Shown piece after piece: positions 51,816-64,000 of a DNA stretch of 64,000 nucleotides (positions are counted from its first letter, which is position 1; every line of letters begins with the position of its first letter). The notes below the pieces were generated by a model, which was not told the DNA's origin, ran no database searches, and saw only the letters and a list, made by a program, of their open reading frames with translations. The position numbers were made by a program, and so were the translations under genes. Origin of the DNA: Octopus sinensis (Eukaryota); the NCBI RefSeq assembly GCF_006345805.1, contig NC_042997.1:2666001-2730000 (forward strand). The letters are read 5' to 3'.

Positions 51816-54746
51816 GAAAGTGTTATATTTCACTGCTACTGACTTTTGGCTTTTCTTCAATATAATATCAGGGATTTTACGATTTTATATTATTTGTGAA
51901 ATAATGCTATAGCAACTAACTCAAATATAAAGAAATATATTTGATAAAACGAAGAAATAGTTGTAGAAACATCACCAAAATATTATCAAACATATTATTG
52001 AATTAATATCAGATTAATGGATTAATAAGATAAATAACATGTAGAAATTCCTTTAAGCACTATCATAAAAGTAAAAAATAATATTGGCCAAATATTTTTG
52101 CTTTCATAGTGTTAGTTCATTCTCCTCAACACACACTGCTGAACTGTGTACCCAGCCATACATTCCACTTGATACTAATATCTGAAATATTTTAGGAACT
52201 TCGGTCGCTAGAACAGTCCCTTACAAATTTCAGATACGCATGTATACATGGTATTTAAAAAAAATTCTGTTGCCATTGATATGACTTGAGGATTTGTCGA
52301 AGTCTTTCTGCTTAGGAGCGAGGGTACCTTATACGATATATGTTAAAAGTATATCCCTCAAACTTTCGCTATATGTAAACTGTGAAGCCTCGTCTATATA
52401 ACTACTATTCATGTTTAATATCGGTTCGTACATATGTACTTTTAATCATTCATGACGCTAAATTTGAAATATTTCATTAACTTAGACTCTTTAAAAAGAA
52501 AGGCAAATTATAATTTTGCGATTAATAGTCACATTACTCGCGTCAATTTTTAATTATCAAATGTGTTTTAATGAATGATTGAACTTCATACTAGTTTGGC
52601 CTATACAATGGTCTGAAAAATTAAAATATTTCGATTATATCTAATGCAACTGTATTGCATATCAATATAAGGATGAAGCCATCTTATATGGGAACAAACC
52701 AAAACAGAATTGTATTTTATATACTGTCAGCCAAATATAACTAGCTGGATGTACGAAAACTAAGTAACCATATTGCATGTAATGCAGTAATCGTCATAAA
52801 ATATATTAGAAATAATTATAAGATAAGTAAAATATAGCACTAGATAATGGTTAATGTTACTGTATTTATTCATCTATGCACAGAATAAACAAATTGCAGA
52901 CTGGTCCTTTGCGTAATAGAGAAAAATTTTTGCCAACCATTGACTTCATTATGACTTTCAGACTGGTGCTGGAATAATCACTAAAACATATTGCTTTAAA
53001 GAATATTCATTTTTCTCTTCTCTGTTTGCGAAATAATCATAAAATTATGTCCTTGACTTATATTCTCTTTCCTCTATTGCACAAATTTTCTTACTTTTAA
53101 CTTTTATGCTCTTCTCATTACGTATATGAACACAAACTTCACTATTCACTCAAATGGCATTTCTGCATAATTTACCACAGCATTCAATAGAGACCACGGG
53201 TAGTGTTCTATGATATCGTGAATGACATTTTAAGTATCTACTCAATGTAATACGATACACAATGAGTATAAAGCTTTTTTAAGTCTCGTCTCTGAAGCCA
53301 AATTTTATATTGTACAATATTGATGTTTAAAATTTCGCGTGAGAAATATAAAAAAAAATTAAAAAGATACAAGTTATTTAAGCAATCGAAAATTTTATAA
53401 AATATACATTTATAATATGTATGCATGCAATGAGTGGTGAAGGAAATCGCTTCCGTAAATGGCAGAAGAATTAACATGAATGGGCTTCTGGAAAAGAGCT
53501 TCAGACGGAGTGGTTCCGTGCGTATTTCTATGGAACAAAAGAATTTAATGGCAGGCATTTAGTTGCAATGCTTGACTTCGTAACCATGGGAGATAATGAA
53601 TAAGAAGAAAGAAAACGATAATATTTGATCTTAAAAACGCTAAATTTACAGGTATTTAATTGATTGTAACTCTGAAAAAAGAATTGTTCAATATTATAGA
53701 ATATCGAACAGAACAATTATAATATATTTCTTCACAAGAAGCGAAATATATAATTTTTATAAAAAAAATATCTAAAATGAATGTTATAGAAAAATGTAGT
53801 TATTGAATACGTTAGGAAATGGAGAAGTGAGAAACATCAAAATAGGAAAAAAAGTTCAAAGTAGTTAAATGTATTTCGGGTAAAACATCGTCTGTGGCCT
53901 TTTTTCTAATGAAAACATTAAACTTATTCCGCATAGCTGCATCCTCTTTAAGACAGTGAAAATGTACTGCTATGCAAATTCTGGTTTCCAACTATCATAC
54001 ATTTCAGTTCTTTCATATATTTATTTTTGCGTTGTATATACTCTAATTAGTATGCTATTTCATTCATGCAATACACGTTGTGAATGAGTTCCTTACTTTT
54101 TTAAAGAAACGACTGTCTGATGTTTTTATTGGGTTGTAGACGCAGCTGAGTCATTTTTGGAGAAGTTTGTTTATATACACGTTAATTGCTCTTTGTTTTA
54201 CTCATTAGATTTCTGTGTTTAGTTCGTGGTTTGTAGAAGAGAATATAATATTCTTTTGAGTAGAGGGTTTACCACTGATATTTTGCATGGGTAGAATTGA
54301 CATACTCCTTGTAGGTCTATTGAAAATAAAACATATATATAATTCACTACACAAAGTAAATACGCTATCTTAAACATTTAATAGACCAACACACTCGCAA
54401 AAAATATCAGCTTGTAAATAGCCGTCTATTGACTTTCGTATCGTGTTCTAAAAACAATAAAATATTAAAATACTATTCTCTATCGATGACGCACCAAACA
54501 TCTGTGAGAGCACGATGATTATTAATGACCAATGTGATTGATAAATTTGATTTCAAACGTCTTATTTGATTACAAATTTCATTGCAAGCATTGTAAAATT
54601 CATGAATCTCAGTTACATTCAGAAAAACTGCTCCAAAGAAGTTGAATATGCTCAGACAATAAAGACCAATTACCATACGATATATAAGATATTGTTTAAA
54701 CTAAACTACATGAGAATATTTAGTTTAGAAACAAATGCATCCAATG

Positions 54747-54807
54747 AGAAGAAGAAGAAGAAGAAGAAGAAGAAGAAGAAGAAGAAGAAGAAGAAGAAGA
54801 AGAAGAA

Positions 54808-54839
<32 letters not shown>

Positions 54840-54851
54840 AGAAAAAAGAAG
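54747..54851. repeat. (GAA)n microsatellite
   Basis: Direct reading. Confidence 0.99.
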
Positions 54852-55943
54852 ATTCTTATAATGATTTCAACACTTTTCCAGTAACTGGAGTCCAAAGGTG
54901 GGCCAGTTGTAATATCTAGGTAAAAGTTTCAAACCTATCGCTTATATTGCTGGAACTGATGCTATTCATAAAATGCTTCGTTATATTATAGAGATCAAGA
55001 AGCTATAATGAAAAATGCTAATTAATATGAAAATCAGCAGAAACATTTATTAATGAAAGAATATCACGATCTTTCATTAGAAAGAAACATTACAGAAATT
55101 CGACTAGATGTATGTATTCCAGCTTAAATAGATACATGCATAAATTCTACACCACATAGCCTATAGTCTACTCCATTTTGTTTCAAAAAAATTTCAACAC
55201 ACATACGTATATAGATACTGGTACTCTCTAACTGCAAAGATACTCTCTACTTGCAACACTCATCGTATTTAGTATTTTTCTCCCATTATTCGGTTTTGCT
55301 ACTGTTTACATTACATAGAGTTTTGACTGCTGGTTTACCAGAGGTCTTGGAAGGGAGAAACTCTAACGACCTCATTCCCAACATCATCCGACAACTGAAA
55401 TTTGTGTTTCACTATCGTCATGGGTCCTATTTGAGCTTTCATAGAACTGCAATCTGCTGATTTATTATTATAATTATTATTATTTTTGATGTAGCGATGA
55501 GCAATCTCAAAAATGTTTACCTACTTAGTATCTCAGATAGACAAAAACTCACATTGCACAGAAGTCGTTGAAGGAACAATACAGACGGCAACCATTTTTC
55601 TTTGCAGCAGCCTCAAATCAGGTGACTCATTAAGGGGCATTTTAAAACGATTGTCAAATACTGCTTGCTGCAGTTTAAAATCACATTCATTATTAGCATT
55701 TTATTTACGTATCCGGTCAGTATCTGTTGCTTAGTCTCGACAGTACAATGAAACTTATGTCGACAGTTATATTTCATTTATCTAAACAAAATCACTGCAA
55801 GTTCACGACCGTCACAAATAATATTCGGACTTTCATTGTGTAGACATGTAAATGAATGTGGAAAATATATTATATCGGTGGGAGTTAAACTTATGAAAAA
55901 AGAGTGGGAAAATTAACGGCTGTCATTTTATCTGATACTCAAG

Positions 55944-56042
55944 TGATTCTGCAAATGCTGAAGAAATAGATAGTGTTCTGTACAAGAAGTTTGATTGTGT
56001 GTTTTGCGTTTCCTATTTTGCAAACCATGCCACCGGTGACAG
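55944..56042 (+). CDS. Candidate 99-nt exon (DSANAEEIDSVLYKKFDCVFCVSYFANHATGD)
   Basis: Open frame ending CAG|GTATGA, length divisible by 3, weak AAG acceptor. Confidence 0.22.
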
Positions 56043-56231
56043 GTATGACAATTTAATTTCTACTTACTGTATTTAATGTATAATATACGTATCTACACAA
56101 TTGCATCCATATACATACATATTTTCTATTTCATACCCAGACAATAATATTTAATATATCTAATGTATAATTTGTTTATCCGTATAAATTCGATATATAT
56201 GTATGTATATATGTATGTAGATAGCTATATC

Positions 56232-56280
<49 letters not shown>

Positions 56281-56299
56281 TATATTATATATAATATAT

Positions 56300-56350
<51 letters not shown>

Positions 56351-57052
56351 AAGAATATTCATATATATGCGTATACACACACACGCGCATATATATGCTT
56401 GTATGAAAAAGTGAAAAGTTAAATAATAAATTCTTACAATTTGCGTCCCCACCAACAAAACATGATTGAATCTTTAAAAAGTGAATTGAGGTCATAAGTT
56501 TTTCTTTACAATAATACGATATCTTTAGAAATTTATTTATAAAGCTTCGTTTACATTACAAGGTTAATATAGATATAAGCTAAAACACGCTGCAAATAAA
56601 TTCATGCAAATTGTAAATGCATAACTTCATGGTTTACTAAGAAGCGTCGTTAAATGTGTACAGCCTGCGGAAGATAAATCGTAACGAATGTTATGAAGGT
56701 ACTTGTAGATAGCTATATCGTATATAAAGTCAGCGATTTTGGCTATTGTTTAGGATATATATATAAAAAAAAAATAGTGCATGCGAATTGTCGACGTCAT
56801 TTGTAGATATATTACTATGCAATTTTTTTAATAGACATATATGCTGAAAGAATTTCAGATACATTTACTTACCAAAAACTCCCTGTCATTTTTCGTGTGT
56901 TACGATCTAGAAATAGAAATAATGACTCATATAAATATACATATCTACTAATAAATGCAAATATATGTACGGTTGAATTACAGTGCACTTAAACGTAAAT
57001 CGAACATACATACACACAATATGAATATACATACATATATGCATATATATAT

Positions 57053-57117
<65 letters not shown>

Positions 57118-57896
57118 CAGGCATATACACGCATATAATACTTTTATAAAGATTACCAGCGTGTGCATCAACAGGAAACTTAGTACTTATTATCACTCCA
57201 CACTTATGACCACTTCTATACACAGATACTCTAACATAGTTACACATACATGTTCATCCCGTTCTCCTTTCCCACACTTTATAGGATAGCATTTCCATCA
57301 AGGTTTTTCTTAGCCTTCATATCTCTCTTTCTGACTCTCTCCAGGATGTTCTCCTTAATTGAGATAAAAGCTTAACGTTCGAAATATGAAGACACACTAA
57401 TGTCATTTTCCCCACTAAAATATTAAGTTCAAATCTTATTTGTTAAACCTTTTCCGTATTTTGCTATCTCTTTATTGTTCATTCTATTTACACTATGGTT
57501 AAATGTTGATGGGATGCAATGAGTCAAGAAATTCAATATTCAGGAACTGGTAAACTAAAACAAAAGAATATATTGGAATTGAAATTTTCGGCATACAATT
57601 CCACCTACAACCCCCAAAACAATGAGGTATGCAACTTCGTATCCCAAAACGTATTGCCTCTCAGAAAGGATTCCAGGTTGAACTAAAACTTGTAACAGCA
57701 TACCATCACATAGAGAGAAATCAACCTAAATTAATGTAAAAAGTAATAATAGAGCCCAAAATTCACACAATAAAGAAAGGCTCATATGTAGTATAGATTT
57801 ATTTTGGTCAAAGGGTCAGAGATACGTTTAAAGCAAAAATAACTATTCACATTAAATATGTTACTTCATCTGTGCATCTGAACATTTCATTCATAG

Positions 57897-57975
57897 GATA
57901 TGAAGAAAATTACAGTGGAGAAACGGGAATATCCTAAAGACAAAGCATGTCTCTGCGTTGAATTCAAATTACCAG
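57897..57975 (+). CDS. Candidate 79-nt internal exon of an unidentified host gene (DMKKITVEKREYPKDKACLCVEFKLP)
   Basis: Acceptor tttcattcatAG and donor CAG|GTAAGA, with exactly one open frame. No homolog recognised. Confidence 0.35.
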
Positions 57976-58539
57976 GTAAGAATTAAAACTCAGTGATCAT
58001 ATGTACAGATGTGCAGCTACGGAGCGACAAAGCTTTAAGAGTTCCCCCTCTATTGATTTAGTGATTACGCAATTCAACAACAAAAAGTAGCCTCCATAAC
58101 CAAAATTCCTTCTACATCATGCTTAATTATCTCTGGCAGACACATACACAGAACCACAAGCAAACATGCCAAAAAAGCTTACCCAAGTTTCCACAGCTAC
58201 TAAGGCCCGAAGTTCCTCTCACAAGAACAGTGTCCCTACAGCCGCTGGCATTCCTGCCCTTGCTGCAACTAAAGTCAGCCGTTCCTACTGCTACGAATGA
58301 TAGCATCTCTTCCTGTTGTTACTACCACCAGGAGCCAACACAATCAGAGGGAATGAAACAACAACACCATATTATTATTGTGAGAAAAGTATGTGTAGTT
58401 CCATGTGAAGTCATATCATAAAAGATTGATTTAATTAAATCCATTTCCCTTCATTTGCCTTTTCTCTCACTTCAAATACATTGACTTAAAAAGTGATTGA
58501 AAAAGGTAAAATGTCATACTTTATTGTTTTCATTCGTGA

Positions 58540-58800
58540 TAAAGTGTTAAAAGCATGGTCTTTTTAAGCCTGGTACATATTATATCGTCCTCTTTTGCCG
58601 AAAAGCTAATGTACTTGGAGGTAAACATAACAACTCTTGTTGTCAAGCAGTGCAGGATCAAGCACAAACACAAAGATGCACAGATACACGTATTCCCTTC
58701 CCCTATCTCTCTCTCTCTCTCTCACGCACACATACACACGCATATAAGACGGGTTTCTTTCCGTTTTCATCTTTAAATTCCACTCACAAGGTTTTGTTAC
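58540..58800 (-). mobile_element. SINE family B, degenerate
   Basis: gtaaacataac..ttgtcaagcagtg..acaaacaca..gacgggtttctttccg..ccactcacaagg. Confidence 0.65.
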
Positions 58801-59431
58801 CAAATATCTATTTCTGTTGGATGTATGTTGTATGATAGTTGTAATAGTTTTTTAGTTATATAAGTAACTATTCGTCTTCGAGTCAATTGTCCAATTTAGT
58901 GAGGAATATATATGAACTATGAAACCACCACAATTTCAACTGTTGCTTTGTTCTGTCAAGTAAAATGCGTTCTCCTATTCTTTCCATATGTCTAAAATAA
59001 AGACCAATTAGAATACTTGTCAATACAACATAAAACAAAGAGAGACAGAACAATATTAATTGAAAATACTTTCGTGCTTTTCTATTCCCAACAGACGTAG
59101 AAGTATTTTATGTCGCTTTATGTCACGTAATATTTTTTCGTAGTAATCGAAAAGGACATACTCTAAAATACGTAGGTTAGTATTGATAACTTAAGTCTAG
59201 TTGTAAATGTTTATTGCACTATCTGACGTTTTAGATTGTATATGAATTCAAACTCAACTTGTAAATTTATTTCCCCGTGGTAGATATATTCTATACAATT
59301 AGAATTTATTGATAATCTATAATCAAATTTTCCACTACCGAAAACTCCTTATTGTCTTTTTGTAATCTAATCAATAAGGTATTTACTACCATATGAAACA
59401 CACATATATGTACATAGTGAAGCGTATACTC

Positions 59432-59489
<58 letters not shown>

Positions 59490-59511
59490 TATTATATATA
59501 TATATTATATA

Positions 59512-59563
<52 letters not shown>

Positions 59564-60963
59564 TGTGTGTGTGTGTTGTATGTATGTATATTTATCTGTG
59601 TTTATGCGAGTATACTTGTTGAAACGCTAATTCGCCAGAGAACACATAACGATTTTGCACGTATACTAATATATATACTGTGTACGCTTGTATATGTTTG
59701 TTTAAGTTTGTCGGCAGCTCTTACACCTGTATGCATTTGTATGTGTGTGTATCATGTAACCATAGAATATTGTATTTATGAGTGATATCCATTACATCAA
59801 TTTACATATTTCTCGGCGAAATGATGAAACAGAATCGTAATAACATATCCGAATACAACTCAATATTTACCTAGAATACCTAACGGGAAATGTAGACAAG
59901 TGTAAAATTATATCGGCATGCGATTAATATGTACATGTATATATGTATATGTGCGCAATATAATCATCTCATCGATTATCATACTTTCACACACTTAAAA
60001 GGATATGTACAAGTATTAATTTCCTTTAGTTTTACGAAGACGCTCTTCAGTATGAATTTGATTTAATGTTTAACATTTTGTACTAATGATTCCATCTAAT
60101 GTCTGCTAGAATTGTAAACCTGAACTACCAGCAGGAGAATATTCGAAATATACACCACAAAAGAATGCCAAAACTAGAGAAGTGTGAATATCTTTACATG
60201 CTCTTCCTTATCGGAATTTCACATTCATATTCTATTTTACATTCATATGGAAATACATTTACACGCACTTAAACATTCCACATCCCCCACACATACATTC
60301 ATACATACTTAATATATACATGCATGCATACATACATACATACATACATACATACATACATACATACAACATACATACATACATACATACATACATACAC
60401 ACATTATATTACATGTTTGTCCGTCGGATGGACACACAATGATGACTTATGATCTTTGCAGTGACATTGTTTAAATTAAAGAAAGTTTGCACTCCATCAA
60501 CTACTATCTCTCTCTCTCTTTCTCTCGTTTGTGATTATATCCATTCTAATGGTATGACCCAGCCAAGACGATTGGTCATGGAGAAAGATGTAGTAGATTA
60601 GCAAGATGACTTGCCTTATCTTGCTTTCTGTACGTCATGCTGTTTATTACAGGCACCCTTCCCTACGTTGAACCCTAATTTTTTTCTTCCGCCGAATCTA
60701 TCGTTTTTAAATGTATAGTTTTTACATATATAGGTAGACGCACCCTAATAGTCTAACTAATCCGTAACTAGCACCCTAAGTGTTACTACTACTCCGGGTT
60801 AGAGTAGATCTAGGAATAGTAGTAGTTAAGAGGCGGTTCCATTTTCATAAAAACCCACGAACCTCTGAATCAGGGCCCCACTACTTGGTGCAGCCTAATG
60901 TCATACCTATGACATTACCATCCATCCAGCCATCCAATCGTACATAGATGCATACATACATAC

Positions 60964-60994
<31 letters not shown>

Positions 60995-61003
60995 CAATAT
61001 ATA

Positions 61004-61072
<69 letters not shown>

Positions 61073-61639
61073 AACGCTGATTATACCGATAAATGACGGT
61101 ATATGTTTCCTAAAAACTTGAAGATGATATCTACAGCAGTATCAAGTCTTTGATTTCTTGTACTCACGGCCACTACATAACATAACATGTGATATAGTGA
61201 GTTCAAGAATATATATCTACTCCCTCTCATATGATATGTCTTTGCTAAAATGTTACACGGTCCCAAACAAGATATATATTGTCATTTCATAAAGATCAAT
61301 GAATTCGCCTGTTGGATACATATATAAACATTTGTAGAAGAAGTATTGGTGGAAGATTCGCATCAAAATTTCTACCAAGTGCAAAAGTCAAAGACAAGAA
61401 AATCTATGTATCAATTTAAAGGTCACATGTCCTGCTGATGTGGATATATCTTCCACAACTCAAAGACGGCTAACAGGGTCCAACTACTTTGTATTCTAAT
61501 ACTAAGTAGTTATGTCTATGTGATCTGGAATAGCTAGAATTTTCAGAAAACTAAAAAATCTGCTAACAGGTACATTACAAATACAAACTTTAAGCGGGAC
61601 AGTGGGAATAGGCAGGACTTTCTTGCTGTTCAACACGTG

Positions 61640-61959
61640 ACATTGTTTTCTAGTCGATATGCCAATGATTGAACGTCGGAGGTATGAGTCCGATTTTCGT
61701 TCGGACCGGACCGAGTGACGTGTTCTTAGGCAAGAGGCTTAACTTCTCGTTGCTCTTTTTGACTCAACAGTAGAAATGAGTCACAGTGTTAATAGTGCCA
61801 AGCTTTTCCTTTGGATAATATCGTTGGCGTGGAGTAGGCAAGATTTATACATAGGCTACTGGTGCTTTTCCATTAGCAAATTTGTCAGGACTTCTGCTTC
61901 GGAAAGGAAATTTCTAGGTGCAATTCTATGGTCATTCATGACGGAAGGGGGTCTTTACC

Positions 61960-61962
<3 letters not shown>
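61640..61962 (+). mobile_element. SINE family D, degenerate
   Basis: gtgttcttaggcaag..cgttgctc and a tail ttggata..tggcgtggag..cattcatgacggaaggg matching 26318..26470. Confidence 0.62.
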
Positions 61963-62031
<69 letters not shown>

Positions 62032-62215
62032 ATAGATCATTATTAAATACCGATCTTATCAGGTGGCCAGCATGGGAGTAAAAACCTTCAAAGATAATAA
62101 TTATTATTATTAACATTATAATTTAGGCTATCTAAGAGATACCCCACGCTGGAAATATCCGCCAAAACTTGAATCTAAAACCATATAAAATGTTCATATA
62201 TGTATATATATATAT

Positions 62216-62246
<31 letters not shown>

Positions 62247-62335
62247 CTGTGTGTGTGTGTTTATGTGTGTGTGTGTCTGACTGTATATATGTATATGTAT
62301 GTGACCGCGTGTGTACCGTTGGCAATTTTTTTCCT

Positions 62336-62500
62336 CAGGCTTCCCTTCTCTGGACCTTTCTTTTCGTATGTTTCTGACGAAGAGCTCCCCTCGAAACGTT
62401 AAATCCTCCTTCTTCCCTTCCTTCCTGAGCGTCTAATAATACTATATTTGTTCCACGTCCTCGCGTTGTTGTGTTTTCTCTTTGCGATTTCATGTTTGAT

Positions 62501-62505
<5 letters not shown>
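62336..62505 (+). mobile_element. PLE-type 3' tail with hammerhead-like motif, ending in (TA)n
   Basis: Pyrimidine-rich tail with the motif at 62370..62404; it ends gattaac + (TA)n. Confidence 0.55.
62370..62404 (+). ncRNA. Candidate minimal hammerhead ribozyme in a repeat tail ending in (TA)n
   Basis: gttt-CTGACGA-a-GAG ctccc CTC-GAAACGT-T-aaat. Stem III is the palindrome ACGU (dimer-type), stem I is 3-4 bp, and there is one extra A after the core. Confidence 0.55.
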
Positions 62506-62543
<38 letters not shown>

Positions 62544-62686
62544 AAATATTAGAGATCTATACAAAACAATCCTTATATACAAATGATGAACTTGGAGACA
62601 GCACACATGTATACCACCCCCCATTTCTGTGTGTGTGTGTATATATATATATATAATATATATATATTATATATATATATTATATT

Positions 62687-62734
<48 letters not shown>

Positions 62735-64000
62735 GCATGCACATAAGTACCTCACACTCTCTTCCCATATGAGCGTGTGTGTGTGTGGATGTACGCCTGT
62801 ATCTTCGCCTGTATATATTCTGTCCTTTGAAATTGCATTTACAAAAACAAAAGAAACAACAACAACAATGCATTTGGTGTTTAGTTGTTCCTCTTATTTT
62901 ATAAAATACTATGACCAATGCCCATCTGCGTAAGGAAATTACTGTGAAACTTTGAAACTCTTCAGCAACCGAATACTAATATTTATTCTCTTAACATTGA
63001 ATTATATTTTCTATTCTCTTCATTGCAAGCATCTAGAATACAAATAATTGCTTCCGTATATATCATGTGTTTTTGAGAGAGAGAGAGAGAGAAAGAGAGA
63101 GGGAGAGTGAGAGACAGACAGACAGAGAGATAGAAAGTAAGATTGAGAGACGGAAAGAGTGAGAGAAAGTGGGAGTGAGCGAGAAAGAGGGAAATAGACA
63201 GGGAGCGAAAGAGAGAGAGAGAGAGAGAGAGAGGCACTTAGATAAGGTCTATGTGTGTATGTATGTGTGTATGTGTAGGTTTAACTAGACGTAATTAATT
63301 TTTTATCCGTTCGCTACATAAGCTCATTAGCAGTACCTCATTAAATCTAAGTCTTTTACAGATGTATTAATAATTATGTTTCTAGTCTTTTTCAAATTTT
63401 AGTACAAAGTCACATGATAACTGAATGGCTATTAACTGTAAACTATAAATTCCATTTTATACTAAACATATATAGATTGATATTTCTCTTTCTCTTTTAT
63501 GATTGCTATATGCTACCAATATGAATAATGCTGTTTAACTGTCGAATACAGTTACATGCTATTGCTTAACTAATATTAGATTTAGAGGGAATATATAAGT
63601 TGCTACGGATGAGAAAGAATTTCTTTGCCATCTTACCATTATCTTATAATATTCTGCATTGCAAAATTTGAAGTTTAATTTTACCATAGATCGCAAAGAA
63701 CACAGCGTGGAACATCGAAAGTTATATATTTCAGCGCAGTAAAGACGCAAGCAGCGAAAGCGTTGGTGTGAATGTTTATTTCATATTCATTAGTGTGTTC
63801 AAGCAACAGTATGATTGTTGATATGAGACAACATATATACGCTATAGGAGAAAGATTAATTATTACACATACATGCGGGAGTCCCTATTATCATTTCAAA
63901 TTAACATGTTTTCTTTTAAATATATCAACTGTATTCAAAGAATTGACAACAATGTATTCAATTATATGTATTCGTAAGATGGAAATGTAGTTAAACTTTA

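Noticed and set aside
60671-60779. Interstitial telomere (three ACCCTAA units)
   Set aside because: The units are isolated and spaced by unrelated sequence, not a tandem array.

Overview
AT-rich, repeat-dominated animal DNA with no confidently identifiable host gene. The SINE families and the dense (TA)n/(CA)n tracts look like an octopus genome; this is from recognition only, not a database check. Most short ORFs in the track are microsatellite translations. The best-supported content is a cluster of young elements at 28.8-40.5 kb. It holds a Buster-type hAT transposon with TIRs and an 8-bp TSD, whose ORF is broken only by homopolymer deletions. It also holds a 5'-truncated CR1-group LINE whose 3' tail matches the commonest SINE in the window. 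Next is a Penelope-like element (PLE) with an uninterrupted RT + GIY-YIG frame, flanked by ~0.89-kb inverted repeats that each carry a minimal hammerhead ribozyme. Finally there are small non-coding fold-back elements, one of which is essentially a palindrome of two hammerheads. Elsewhere are at least four tRNA-derived SINE families, Helitron-type non-autonomous elements, a hAT MITE, decayed mariner, R4/Dong, L1/Tx1 and RTE fragments, further hammerhead-bearing tails, and a few weak candidate host exons. The main hunt result is a recurring architecture of (TA)n-embedded, hammerhead-associated PLE-type tails whose 5' side folds back into an inverted copy. All alignments, folds and translations were done by eye.
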